DNA of 64,000 nucleotides from positions 62,001-126,000 of the forward strand of contig JAYWIR010000053.1 in assembly GCA_036172245.1 (NCBI GenBank), in the 5' to 3' direction. The notes under the pieces are model-generated. The model had not been told where the DNA came from. It did no database searches and saw only the letters and a list, made by a program, of their open reading frames with translations. A program made the translations under genes and the position numbers. Origin of the DNA: Raillietiella orientalis. Taxonomy: Eukaryota. Below, piece after piece: positions 1 to 12,919 of the stretch (position 1 is the stretch's first letter; each line of letters opens with the position of its first letter).

Positions 1-3000
1 GGCGGCGTCCGCCAACTCACTGGTCTTCCAGGCGCCAAGGATTTTGGTTTTTCCCGCTATCGTGCAGAAAACCTCCCACCTCGTCGGCTGGTAACTGTCG
101 TTTCTTGCCCTGAGGGCAGACAGCGCTGCGGCAAGAGGCGTGGCAGCCAGGGTAGAAAACTTCACCTCGTCCTGCAGTACTTCTTCCAAGGATCGTGGAA
201 AAAATTGACGCAGGGGGCGAAGATCTCCAGGGCGTATTCCTTGGAAAGCCGCCCAGGATTCAACAGACTCCTGCGCCGAGCTTCAAAGTTCATTGGGCGG
301 CAGGAGTTCCACGAGTAAGCTTCCAGAAGTGCGGTCAACTGCCGCAATGGAAACCCGAAACCCCGCTTCCTGTATTGAGTGCCCGGCAAAAGCGAGAGAA
401 ATCCTCCGCTGCCGGCGCATCTCCGCAGGAGAATGCGAGCTGGCACACACAGGGGGGATCTCCATAGCTGGGCACACAGTGCCAGCAGTCGGAACTGCAC
501 CTGCAGTCCGGTTCGCTCCATTATCAGGATACCCAAACCAGCATCCCGACGCCGAGCTGACAAATCTTTAAGGCGGATCCTCGATCTCGCCGGACCCCAG
601 ACAGGGTTCCTGAGCAGGCGTTTAGCCCGCTGTTTTGCCGCATAGGGGGGGTCCAAAACAAAAAACAGGAGACGGAGGAGAGGGGCCACAAATGTGTTCC
701 AAATAGTCGCCCGTTCCTGCAAGGTAAACTTGCCATTAAAGAACGGGCTGATGGCCAACTCTGCTTTCTGAAGACAGTCCGCCCACGCTTTGGCTGCGCC
801 GAAAGCGCCCAACGGAACGCCAAGGTACTTAAAGTACCCGCCCTTGGGGATCCCCAGGCGGATCCAGTCGGACTGCCCCTTTAACGACGTACCCACAGGA
901 ACGACCACGCTCTTCTCTCTGTTCACGCTCATGCCCGCTCCCCGACTAATCAGGTCGAAGAAATCCTCGACACTAGACGCCGGGGTGGACATGGGGAGCA
1001 GAAGAAGCAGGTCATCAGCGTAGGCGGCCACGGCAGGCGTTCCCGGGCAGGAGCTTGGCAAGTAAGACAGCGTCAGCCTGTATGCTCTTAGCACCAACTC
1101 AAAGAAGATGCTGAAGAGCAACGGGCTTAAGCTGTCGCCTTGTCGGATGCCCCTACGAACGGGAATACCATACACGCGGCAGCCGCTGAAAGTATTGCAG
1201 GTTAGCGCGTGCCGCCAGCACGCGCGCAAATACAGCAGGAGTTGCGCCGGGAACCCAAGGCGTTCCATAAACTTTAAAACGAGCTTCTGGTTTACGCAGT
1301 CGAACGCCTTGTGGAGATCGAACGCGACCGCCAAGGCACCTGGCGTTCCCTCCTGCCGTAGGCGCCTGTTCTTCTTGCCTGCGGCAGTGACTTTCGCAGC
1401 AGCCTGGCCTTGTTGCGCCACAACTTCCTGCAGCTGCAACCATGTGCGCGCGAAAAGGATGTTCGCTTCCATGGATCGTCCCGGAACGGCGTAGGTTTGT
1501 TCCGGGCTCACCGCAGATTCCGCGATACTTCCTAACCGCGCGACTCACAGCTTGGAAAACAACTTGACGTCCGAGTTCACCAAGGTGATCGGACGCCAGT
1601 TGTCAAGTTGACGCAAGTCTCCGCCTTACGGCAGGAGACGCACCTTCGCTTAGCTGAAGGAATCCGTGACATTCCCGGATTCACTCATCAGCGTCGCGAG
1701 TTTCAGCATCAATGGAATGAGCTTCACTGCAATGCACTGATAAAACTCTGCAGGGAGCCCATCCTCGCCCGGCGCCTTTCGTCCCTTCAGCCCAGCGATT
1801 GCGGACGAAAATTCATCCGCAGTGAAAGGCTCGTTGAGACGTTCGCGTTCCTCCTCGCCGACAACACGAGCATTCTGAGACAGGAGTATCTCAGAAAGAA
1901 TATCCTCCGTCGGGGATTCCGCGTACAGAGAGGAGTAGTAGCGTCTGACAATGCGGCGTACTTCGGCTGGGGCCGAACATTCCTGGCCCTTGTCGTCCAA
2001 CAGGCATGCAGCTCCGGACTGCCAGACCTGGCGCTCGGCCCTCGCCTTGTACTCTGCGAGACGCCCGACATCGTGGCGTCTCAAAAACGTGCGGGCCTGC
2101 AGAAAGTCTCTACTGTTGGCCACGCCCTTTCCGAAACCGCGTGGAAGCCGGTGCAAGGGGAATTGGCAGCAGAACTCGCGGACAGATCTTTTGAGATCGT
2201 GCCAGTCCGCAAGTTCTTGAATGGCAAAGCCTCGGAGGTATTTACGTAGATGCTCCGCAGCCTCCGGTTAGCTAAGCCAATCCGCCTGCATCCTCCAGTT
2301 TTTCAACGGAGGCCACTTGCCTGGCGGAAGGATCTCAAACTCCAACCTGTGGTGGTCAGAAAGCCTAGTCAACAATCTTCCTCTCCTACCCACACGCGAA
2401 TGCAGGTTTTCATCGAGGAAAACGTGATCGAGCGATCTTTCCATTCCAGGTTCGTTGACCATCAAGTTGGCGGCGTGCACGGACGCGCACATCTCGATGG
2501 GCAGCGCGCGCTCCCTCGGGCGGCTCCAATCGTCGGAGAGCAGGCGGACGTTGAAGTCCCCAGCGACGAGGTGCGCCACTTGGAAACCGGAGTTGTTGAG
2601 CCAGTGGCTCTGCACCTCACCAAAGAAAGCTACTCTTTCTTCGACGTAGCGAGAGCCACTCGGCGCGTAGACGTTCGTAACGACGAGGTCGATGGACTCC
2701 GACCACTTGATGACAAGCTGGCCTATCCGTCCGTTGTCATCGAAACGAACACTACGCACCGCTTCCGCCATTTTTCCTCTTAAGAGTAACGCAACGCCGC
2801 ACGTGTGTGCGCCGTCGCACCGCCAATGTAGCGTTCTGCCTGCGCGCTCCTCGATTTCGGCTGCCTGCTCGTCGGAGATTACGTGAATCTCCTGCAGCAG
2901 CGCGAGGTCGAAGGGGCGCAGGGCGTTGACTACTAATCGCCTCTTCTCGTCGTTCTGGAGTCCGTTCACGTCCAACACGTTACGAACAGACGACGAGAAG

Positions 3001-3016
3001 ACGCGATTCCCCGCAT
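1..3016 (-). pseudogene. A0 ORF2 (APE endonuclease + RT), disrupted
   Basis: LLQEIH, NVYAP, AGDFN, LDH, SDH; GIRQGDSLSPLLF and YADD in ORF 162..1511; broken by stops and frameshift. Confidence 0.92.
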
Positions 3017-4936
3017 TACTGCTGGGAAGGTGGCGGCTTTTTGCTCGCTTTATCCGGCGAGCAGACGGCGAGCAGCACGACTGGCTGGAGGGGACGGTCG
3101 CCACCGTCCTCTGTCGTGCTGCATGCATGTAATGCCTCCACGCCAGGCTGAACCCCGTCGGGTTTCGTGGAGACTTCGCGTTGCTTCGCGGCGAGCGTTG
3201 CCTGGCTGCCTACTTTTGATCGGCGCGCACACGCTTTTGAACGAGTTGTCCTCGTCTCGGTGATCGGAACGGCATCCATTTCGGGGTCCGACCGGCGCAT
3301 GTTCGATCGGGTTTCGGCCTTCCGGGAAGCAGTGACAGGTTCTGCTGGATTGACAGCTGTCCTGTTTTCGTTTTCCGTCACCAGAGCATCGCTTTTGGTG
3401 ACGGCTGCTTTCCCGGCGCGCGCGTTTTCAGCGTGCTCACGCGCAGTTGCACGAGGGACCTTTGCTGAAGTCTTCTTTACTTCATTACGGTTCCTCACTT
3501 CGCGTGGCGCCGTAAGTGGAGATTGTGCTCCATTGCCATCTTCGAAGCCATCCGCGTCTTTGGACGGGAGCACTTTCGATGGCTCCGACACGCTTGTCAT
3601 GGACGCTGCTTTCGGAAGGGCTTTTAATCCCTTCGTTGGCATGGCATCCGCGCCAGTCGAGAGCTTGCCCTCCGACTGCGACGGCGTGAGATTTTTCTCC
3701 GCTTTCGCGGTGTTGGATCGCGACGCGGATTTTTTTTTGCCGACTTTCGAAGTCGACACGGCACAACCCTTCTTACCCGATTTGAGCTTCTCAGTCACTT
3801 CCGGAGGTGAAGGAATGGATCTGACGGTACTGGAAGTGTCCTTACCGCCGTTGTCCATTGGCGTCCTTGCCGGTTGCTCGAACTCCGAGAGAGCCGGGCG
3901 TGCTTGGGAAGTACAGCTATTGCGCCTAGGGGGACTTACCATTGCCCCGGTCTCCCCGCACCCTTTCTTTTGCGGCTCCCCTGCCGCGAGAGGGGGTGCG
4001 CAGGGCTTCGCGTGCGAGGTTTCCTGCTGCTTTGGGGCGACATTCCGCCTCGCGTTTTTACCGAATTTCTGCCGTGCGGTCTCCAGGTTTATCGCAGATT
4101 TTTTCTTTTTATCCGCGCTTTGTTTTTTAAAATGGAGCTTTGCGGCTGCCTTTTTTCGCAAAAGATCCGGTCAATTTTTCAATTGGTGCCCGGATAGTTT
4201 GCAATAACGGCATTTTCCAGAGGGGCATTTATCCAAACAATGCCCCTCCTTCCCGCATTGCTCGCACGTTTGTACTTTGCCCACGAACCACAGGTGAACG
4301 ACCGTGTCTTTCACCTGTAGTTTGGTGGCAGCGGACGGCGGTCCGGCATTGTAAGCCGGACTCCAGCGACTCCGCTGTGTATGGACGGGAAGTCCTTGAG
4401 GTTGCTACGCCCCCTCACAGCGCATGGACCGTGGCGAATTTCGTTAACGCGTCCCGAATATCAGTATCGGAGATTTCCGACTCGATGTCGAAAATCTCCA
4501 CCACAAATGAGTCGTCCATGGCGGCCGGGAAGACCTTCTGGCCACGGATCGACAACGGGGTGCGCAGCAAGCGTTGCACAAGTGCAGCGTCTTTGCAACG
4601 CACCTTGAAATAGCCCATGTCTTTTACGGGCATAATGGCGATAAGGTCCTCCTCCTGCACGCCAACACGGGTCAGTTCATCGTTGAACTGATTCCCGTCT
4701 CGCGCAGAAAGAAAACCACTCACCTTATATCGGAGAGCAGGTCTATAGCCTTGGGCTACGTATGCCCGCAACTCCGACTCGTCGAGAGGTTTCCCTTTGA
4801 CGGCTCCTGTGGCAGCAACGTCAGCAAAACTCCTCTCCATTGGCGAGAAAGACGAAGTGGAGTCGGCCGTCGGTTTCGCGATTGCAGATCCGGATGCTGT
4901 TCCTCCAACTTCAGTAGCTTCAAGTTGGATCGACAT
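3016..4936 (-). pseudogene. A0 ORF1 (gag-like nucleic-acid-binding protein)
   Basis: MSIQLEATEV...GYRPALRYKV; CEQCGKEGHCLDKC and CRYCKLSGHQLKNC knuckles; TGG>TGA stop at 4415; TAATG overlap at 3014-3018. Confidence 0.88.
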
Positions 4937-5514
4937 CGTCGTCAAAATGTACGACGCCAAGATGAAGCGGATGAAAGCACGGAGACGAGAGCGAAGAAAA
5001 GCACGTCCGCACTCGATTGAAATCGCTCGCAATGAGGTGCGCCCTTCGCACGCCTGCTTCGGCCCACCAGTCTCGCCGCAGGGATTCGAAGAACGCAGTG
5101 CGTTCCTCGGCCCTGTGGCTGCCCTCCGGAGCGTACAGGTTCGTGACCACGAGGTCGATCGAGTCGGACAACTTGAGAACAAGCTGCCCAACTCGAACGT
5201 CCCCGTCGAACCGTGCACTACGCAGTGAGTTTTCGACGGACGGCTTCAGTAAAAAGGCCACTCCGCAGGAGTGATCTGTTCCGTTTCTCCACAGTAGCCT
5301 CCCCCTGCGATCCTCTCGAAATCCTGGCCTGCCTCTACTGTGAGCACGTGGGTCTTTTGCAGTAGAGCCAGGTCGAAGTCTCGCAGTATGGCGGCTACGT
5401 CTCGCCTCTTTCCGTCGCTGCTCAACCCGTTGACGTTCCAACAAGTAATTCGCAAGCGACGGCAGCAGGCGAGCCCACCCTTAGGTTTATTTATGGTGGT
5501 GTGGAGGAAACCGT

Positions 5515-7236
5515 CTATTTTTCAGTTAACGGGTGTTCCGCGTCCACGCCGACGGATTCGAAAGGAGTTTGGTGTGCTCCGTCGGCCGAGGACTGTGTCA
5601 ACAGTTGGAATAGGATGCTCTCAGGCGCAGAGTCGCACGCTGGAACGCACATTGACTCCTCCTCGCTGTCGGATGCCATTTCCACCTCTACCTGAGTGAG
5701 GACAGCACGCCTACGAGCTTTCGTTGAACTTTTATTTTTTCTTTTCGGCAACCCTACGGTCGACGAGTTTCAGGTTTCGGCGTCGGACTCGCTGTTTTCT
5801 GGGTCCTTCGCCGTAGCCGGGCGTCGAACGGCCTTCTTCTCGGACTTGACGGGCTGCCTTAACAAGGCTGCCAACTTTTCCGCGGCTTGCGCGAACGTTG
5901 CATCGGAGATGCGTTCCGTGTCATCGCAGACTTCGCCGCCTGTTGGCGAGTCCGGTGACGTCACTGCCGAATCGATAGCCGCAACCGGCGGGCTATCGAT
6001 CGGAACAGCAGCGGCTGAGCTTTCACTCGCCACTACAACAATTCCAGCGGACGGAACTGGAACAATAGTATCGATCGCGGCAACAGGTGCCGCGATATCG
6101 ATCGCTACCGTAGCGATTTCGGTGGACGGAGCCGGAAACGCTCTATCGATCGATGCCGCAGCCGCGGTATCGATCGACGGCTTGCTGGAGGAAGCCTTCG
6201 CGGTAAAGCGATCGATGTTTACGGTGGAACGACGGACGCTTTTCGCCACCGTTTTTACCGTTTTCTTTGGGGCCGTACCTTTCCCCTTGCTCTCCTTTTT
6301 TTTCATCAACTTCCAGCTGTTTTCGGAGACAGCTTCGCCATCCTCCGCCTTTTCTTCCTCCGACGTCGGTTTCTCGCTTGCTTGCGAGCTTTCACACGAT
6401 GGGGGATGCTGTTTGTCTTGCACCTGTGGCGACTTGGTTTTCTTGTTGCCAGCAGGAGTGGACGCAAAACGAGAAGGACACACCTTTCGTACGTGTCCCT
6501 TGGTACCACATCGGAGGCACACGATGTTAGGGCACCTCCGTTTGAGGTGTTCGATGGCCTCGCAATTTCCACAAAATTTTGGTTTCCCTATGTACCACAG
6601 GTCGATGTATTCATCATCGACCTGCAGTCGGTGGGGTAAACCACTTTCCTCTCGGACCGTCACACGCGCGGCGGCATAGCGACTGAACGCCCTGGTATAA
6701 CCCAGGGTGTTGGGCTTAGCCCACAGAGCGTGGACGGTGCCGTATTTCTCGAGTTGTGCTCGTACGGCGTTCTTTGCCATCCTCATCGTTATGCCCGTGA
6801 GGTGGACGACGATGGATTTGTCGGCTGTGAACGGGAAAATCCTTCTCTCGTTCACAGTCACCGGTAATCTCAGCAATTGCTGTGCCATTCCTGCAGTTCT
6901 GCAGTTCAGCTCGACGAGCTGACCGCCACTGCGCACGGAGAGGCCGAGAACTTCTTCTTCGGGCACTCTCAACTTTTTAAATTCCGCGGCGAACGTGCGG
7001 AGCATCACCGGCGAATACAACCCACCTACCTTATAGAGTAGGGACGGGTTGTATCCGTGGGCCTCGTAGGCCCGCTGTTCCTCTGTAAGAAGCGGCAGGG
7101 GCGCCGCCACTACCGCACTCCAAGCACTCGCCGGGGCGGGGGACGAATCCGTGGGGGAGCTGGCCCCCAAATCCATGGGTTGGGGGGACGAGGCTCGCTC
7201 GCCCCACTCCACCGCCTTAGCGGCGTCCTCATGCAT
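5515..7236 (-). pseudogene. K1 ORF1, two zinc knuckles, Ala/Ile/Asp-rich C-terminus
   Basis: MHEDAAK...GYNPSLLYKV; CGNCEAIEHLKRRC and CLRCGTKGHVRKVC; internal stop at 5770. Confidence 0.85.
5970..6220. repeat. Degenerate ATCGAT-containing low-complexity repeats in K1 ORF1 (xID motifs)
   Basis: Many ATCGAT hexamers; protein SIDTAAAASIDR...AIDI...AIDT...PIDS...AIDS. Confidence 0.6.
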
Positions 7237-7326
7237 TTCTGCCCAGGAACAACCGCGCTGAAAAACCCACAAACACCAGCAAAAACAGACGGTTTTCCGG
7301 AGCACCGAAAAAACACGTCCACTCAC

Positions 7327-8296
7327 CGCGGTGACGTCACTGCGGGCGCGATCGGCGCGGATTCGACGGTATCGATCGGTTTTACCGCTATTTTTTCCGC
7401 GGTTTTTATGACCGATACGCGTTCGATTTTCACCGAACAATCGCGGATCACCTGCTTCTTCTTCAGCGGTGCCGCCTTGTTGATCCGTTTGACCTCTTTC
7501 TTCGGGGCCTTTTTCTTCTTCTCCACCTTCTGCCAACCTTCCTCGTTCTCGGCGCTTTCTCCAGCTGGTTGTTCGCTGGTGGATGGCTGAGCAGCGGGTT
7601 GGTCGGCAGGGTGGGTTTCTGCCATTTCGTGACTCCGGTCCTGTTCCTTCGGCGTGTCTGCATTCCTCGCGCCTGTAGGAACTGACCTTCTTCTGTTGGG
7701 GCACATCCGCCTGATGTGCCCCTTTCCGCCGCAGCCCAAGCACACGATGTTGGGGCATCTCTTCTTCAGGTGCCCCGACACCTGGCAAAAGCCGCAGTAT
7801 ACGGGTTTCCCCACATACCACAGGTCGATCTCCTCCTCCCCGACCTGCAGTCTGTGGGGTAGCCCAGCCTCGGCACGTACCGTCACGCGCGCAGCGGCGT
7901 AACCACTAAATGCCCTGGTGTAACCCAGGACATTGGGTTTTGCCCACAACGCGTGGACCGTCCCGAACTTCTCCAAACTTTCCCGAACGGCGGTCTTGGC
8001 CATTCTCATCGTAATACCGGTGAGGTGGACAACGATGGAGTTGTCCGCCGTGAACGGGAAGATTCTTCGACCGTTCACGGTCACCGGCAGGCGGAGCAGC
8101 TGCTGAGCCATCCCTGCAGACTTGCAGTTCAGCTCAACCAGCTGCCCGCCACTTCGCACGGAAAGTCCGAGGACTTCTTCCTCCGGGACTTTCAATTTCT
8201 TAAATTCGGCCGCGAACGACCGTAAAACCGCGGGGGAGTACAGGCCATTTACCTTGTATAACAAGGCCGGGTTATACCCGTCGGCCATGTAAGCCC
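7327..8296 (-). mobile_element. LINE family K copy K2, ORF1 fragment (5' part missing, interrupted by K1)
   Basis: ORF 7323..8288 closely similar to K1 ORF1 (GYNPALLYKV; CGFCQVSGHLKKRC, CLGCGGKGHIRRMC). Confidence 0.87.
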
Positions 8297-9845
8297 GCGA
8301 AACGGAGGAAAACCGCTCCCCGCCGCGAAAAAACCAAGAGCTGCTGCGTCGTCGTAGTGTTTATTAACGCCATCGACCAATGCGGCGCTAAAGAACTCGC
8401 TGCTGCCCGTGCTTTACCCTCCGTTGACAAAGTCAACAGGGAGGGGAGCGAGGCTGCGGCGTCCGTCATCGAGCCCACGCTCGATCACGTCGCCTTTCAG
8501 CGTGCCGCGGAGGTGCTGGCTGCCTCGTTGTAACCGGCCGCCTTCAAGGCTGGCAAGAAGGCCGTCAGGCGTCCGGCTTCCCCTCAGGAGTCGGCCACTT
8601 CCGACCCCGAGGCGAAGGCCGGAAACAGAGCATCCATCTCCGCGGCACCCCGTAAAAAGGCAGGACGAAAGTCCACAATGCCCCTGGAGATCGTCTTCCC
8701 CGACAAAGGGAAAGAGATGGCTTCCGGTTGCGAGGGTGCCATGAGCGTGGGAAACTCCCGGGACCCGTCGCCTGAGAAACTCCCACGCTCCGGCTCGGAG
8801 GAGATGGACGGGCTGGAGGCCGAACCTGATCGGCCCCCAAAACTTACGGTGCCTGATCGGGCCAAGGTGCCTTTAGTGCCTGAAGAGGCCTCCTTCCCCA
8901 CGGACATCCCGAACACATGCCCCGCGGCAGGTGTCGCGACGCCACTTTCCCAGCCATAATGACGGGAATCGCCTCCCGTCTTCGTCTGCTGTTCGCCTGC
9001 TGGAACGTCAACGGGCTAAGCAACGACGGCAAGAGGCGTGACGTGGCCGCCACCCTGGCATCCTTCGACCTGGTGCTGCTGCAGGAGATCCACGTCATCT
9101 CCGCAGATCAAGCCCGGGAGAACGAACGGATCTCGGATGGTCGGATGCTGTGGCGCTGCGGTACCGCGAAATCTAGCGGTGTCGCCTTCCTGCTCCGACC
9201 AGTCATCGAGGCCGCAATAAAGGACTTACGGTTTGATGACGCCGGTCGCGTCGGTCAGCTGACTCAGCTGCTCCATCTCAATCGACCTGGTCGTCACCAA
9301 CTTGTACGCTCCTAGCGTTGAGGACGCGTTGCGGGCGAAGGCAAGAAGAGAATTCTACCTTGCCCTCGGACGCAATTGGCTGATCGAAGCAGACGTTTGC
9401 AAAGCGCACCTGATCGCAGGTGACTTCAAAATGCGCCTGCTTTCATGTGCGCCGGATACACTGAACGACCGCGTCAACAAGTTGTGCGCGCAAATGCATA
9501 CGTGCAACTTGCTGGCCGGAGATACGGACATGGAACGGAGCATCCATCAAGTGTACCTTGACCAGCACCTATGCTCTCGCGTGGGCAGGCGCGGCAAGTT
9601 ACGGTGCGAGCTGTCGGACCATGGCCGAATCGGGTTCGAAGTGCATCTGCGCCACAAGGGCCCCCCCTTGTCAGCGTGGCGTCTGCCAGGGAACTCTCTG
9701 AAGTTCCCGGACGCGACAGAACATCTCCGCGCGTTCATACGGAACTTCAGAATGCGGACGCTTCAGGACTGGGACCGCTTCAAGCTGTCTTCCCAGGAGT
9801 TCTGCGACCGGTTTCCTTTGCATCGCCAACCTGCGGGATTTGGGA
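8297..9845 (+). mobile_element. C-type LINE fragment E-left (ORF1 C-terminus + EN)
   Basis: Aligns to ~13915-15447; TAATG at 8957-8961; WNVNGL, LLQEIH, AGDF, SDH; ends at GGGATTTGGGA 9835-9845. Confidence 0.88.
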
Positions 9846-10056
9846 TTGTCACCCGGGTACGCCCGGGCCGTTTATTGAAAAAACTCTGGATAAACGTGGT
9901 ACGAGGCCTTACTAAGGTCCACACAACACCGGAGCTGCCGGGACGCTAAGACGCAGCCCGGCGTGACGCTCCTTGTCAGTGGAGGGGGATAGGGATCAAA
10001 ACAAAAAGAAAAATAAACATAAGGAAAACAAAGAAAGTTCAAGGGACAGGAAGGGA

Positions 10057-12834
10057 TCACAATCCACTAGGAGGTGGGCCCATCCTTCGCAGGATACCCT
10101 CCAGGTCCATGTTCATGCTTCCCAGATGGGGCCATCTTGCAGCTCTGCGCATGAAGCGGATCGCATGCAGGATGACATCCCTCGCGTGGGCATCGACTCC
10201 TCCGTCGCGAATGTCGCTCCAGGCGACCACGATGCCCCGGATGCAGCAGCGGGCTGCGGCGGGCTGCAGGGCGCCCCGCACGGAGAGGGGCCGAAGAACG
10301 ACTCTGGGCGCGCTGCCCATTGGGAGCCCCAGGGTCGTCCCGAACCGTTCCCACAAGGGTCGGAGGGCAGCAGAGACAACAAGTAGGTGGGGGAGCGATT
10401 CCCGCTTGCCGCACCTGGCACACTTACGCCTTATACTACCCCGGGTCCAGTGGAAGCGGCGCACGTTGCAGGGTAGACCCCAGTGCAACAGCAGCAGCGC
10501 CGACTCTTGCCACTTCAGGGGGAGAAGCCTGCATCCGAATAATATTGAGGGCCACTTCAGTTCATCCGTCGGCATGGCGAGCAGCTAGCCCCAGCGACCA
10601 AGTCCACTCAAGAGGGCACTCGGGGTCGTAGCATCTGCCAGTTCTTTCATGGTTCAACCGCCCATCTTCTTTTCCTTGCCTGCGATTCGGCAGGAGGCTT
10701 GCGACTTTTGCTTGCGGCCACTGGTTAAAGCCCTTCGTAGGTAGGGCAGGGTCGAGGCCAGAGTGGTAGTCTCCGCTTAGGTGCTCCTGGCGGGACACTC
10801 CAGAGTAGTCCGCAGTGTCCAGCAGGCGTTGGGGCCGAATTGCAGGCGGTTCGAGTCCTGGGAAGTCTGGAGGTTCAGATTGGCTTACGTCGCAACGCAT
10901 TCCTCCAGCCAGGCTGAGGAGTTGGCGGGCTGCATACCGTCCAGCCGTGGTCTCTCACCGGGGCTTCCATGCGCCCAAGGAGAAGGCCGCATCTTCTAAA
11001 CTTCCTGTCAGAGCACAGAAGGTACGACGAGAGTCCTTGCGTCCTGGACACACGGCTGGCAAGGATACGGGCCGGAACGCACCAAGAAGTGCTCCATGAC
11101 ATTGCTGCGATAACGAGTGTGCGGCATTGCAGCTGTATGTCCACGCGTTCCAGCGTCAGGAGGCCGAGACCGCCGTCCAGACGAGGAGCGCACAAGTCAT
11201 CTAGAGGCACACGTGGCATCCCGCTGCGCCAGAGGGCGATGCGGAGTAGGTCCTTGGTCCTCTTTTTAATGTCAAGGGGGACGGAACAAACAAAAAGCAG
11301 GGGGCGGAGGATGGAAGCCGCGAACGCGTTCCACACCGCGGCTCATTCCGGCAGAAGGAACAAGCCTTCCAGGAACGGGCCGATTGCCAACTCTACCTTT
11401 TGGAGACGACCAGTCCAGGCTTCTGCGAGGCAGAATTCCTTCAACGGGACACCCAGGTACTTCAAGTACCTCGCCGTGAGATCCATAAGCGGACCCAGTC
11501 CTGCTGCTCAGCCCACGCCGCACCTACCGGTACGACCGACGACTTCGCCTTGTTCACTGTAAGTCCGGTCCCGCGGCTAAGCACAGCGAAGAAATCCCCG
11601 ACCGCCTTCGCCGGGGTGGACATCGGCAACAGAGGCAAAAGATCGTCGGCGTACGCTGCTACGGCGGGCGTGCCGGTACACGACCTCGGCAAGGGAGCCA
11701 AATTCACCCTGTACGCTCTCAGCACCACCTCAAAGTAGGTGCTAAAGAGCAGGGGACTGAGACTGTCGCCCTCCCGTATGCCCCGCCGTACCGGCACGCC
11801 GTACGCCATTTGACCTCTGAAAGAGATATTGATCAGCGCGCTGCGCCAGCAAGAGCGCAGGTAGGTGAGTAGGGAGGGAGGAAAGCCCATGCGTCCCAGG
11901 AGCTCCAGCAGGAGATCCTGGTCCACGCAGTGAAACTCTTTATGCAGATCGACTGCGATAGCTAAGGCTCCCTTTTCCACCTGGGAGTCCTGTCCCTGCC
12001 CGGCTGACGCCCCCAAAGCGGGGCTACCAATCCTTCCCGCTTCCTTTTCTTCACTACTCTGCACATGAAACCATGTGCTCGCGAAGAAGAGGTTGGCCTC
12101 CATACTTCGCCCGGGAACAGCGTAAGTCTGCTCCGGGCTAATTTTGGAATTGGCCACCTGCCCCAGACACGAAGCCCACAGTCCGGCAATCAACTTGGCG
12201 TCCGTGTTCACAATTGTGATCGGACGCCAGTTGCTGAGTTTCCTGAGGTCTCCTCCTTTCGGAAGGAGCCTCACTCTGGCTGATCGAAACGAGGCGGGTA
12301 CATCGCCTTCATCTCGGCTCAGCCTTGTCAACTTAAGCACCAGGGGTGCCAACTCTTCCGCGAAGCATTGAAAAAACTCCGCAGGCAGGCCGTCCTCCCC
12401 TGTTGCTTTCCGCCTCTTGAGCCTTTTAATACCGGCGAGAATTTCGCCGGTGGTAAAAGGCTCGTCGAGGCTTTCCTTCTCCTCCTCCCCTATTAACGGG
12501 GCACCGTTCGGAAGCAAGCGCCGAGAGGCATCTTGTTCCGGATGCTCCCTGGCGTAAAGGGAGGAATAATAACGCCGCACGAGGTGGCGTATTCTAGCCG
12601 TAGCCGAGTGCTCCCGGCCCTGGTCGTCCAGCAAACTGGCCGATTCTGATTGCCAGGCTTGACTTTCGACCCCGGCTCGGTACTCTGCCAGGCGACGGAC
12701 ATTAAGGGTCCTCGCGTAACGACGGGCATACAAGTACGCTTCTTCGTTACGGATCCCCTCCCCAAATTTCCGGGGCAGGAGGTGCAAGGTGAACTCCTCG
12801 CAAAACTCGCAAACCAATTAGCGAGATTGCGGAG
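10057..12834 (-). pseudogene. D ORF2 3' part (RT + C-terminal CCHC)
   Basis: NWRPIT, GIREGDSLSPLL, YADD, CARCGKRESLPHLL. Confidence 0.9.
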
Positions 12835-12919
12835 CGTCGAGCGGACGTGTCTTTTCGCTGCTCCTGAATTTCCATTTCCGGTGGTGTTTTGTGTGGTGTG
12901 GGTGGAGGATTAGGCAGCA

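Larger units (their letters stand above)
1..5015 (-). mobile_element. L1/Tx1-like LINE, family A copy A0 (3' end beyond window start)
   Basis: 5' end CGAGTGCGGACGTGCTTTTC at 5015; ORF1 with CCHC knuckles, EN and RT fragments; colinear with A1/A2; inserted at the GDFN-equivalent codons of K1. Confidence 0.93.
5016..7326 (-). mobile_element. LINE family K copy K1 (5' UTR, ORF1, N-terminal half of EN), interrupted by A0
   Basis: 5' motif GTGAGTGGACGTGTTTTTTC at ~7326; EN WNVNGL...NLYAP...HLIASDFN ends at the A0 junction. Confidence 0.88.

Noticed and set aside
3167..4207. Long antisense ORFs over family A ORF1 (also 36312-37319, 42194-43360) and over K ORF1 (5696-6679)
   Set aside because: Shadow frames of GC-rich, low-complexity coding sequence; no domain motifs and variable ends.
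5770..7821. 683-aa ORF as a single gene
   Set aside because: It reads through the K2/K1 junction; the real ORF1 starts at ~7236 and the upstream part is off-frame K2 plus 5' UTR.
8285..8310. Head-to-head K2/E junction as another specific target site
   Set aside because: Both partners lack 5' ends and no TSD is visible, so insert and host cannot be assigned; it may be a deletion.
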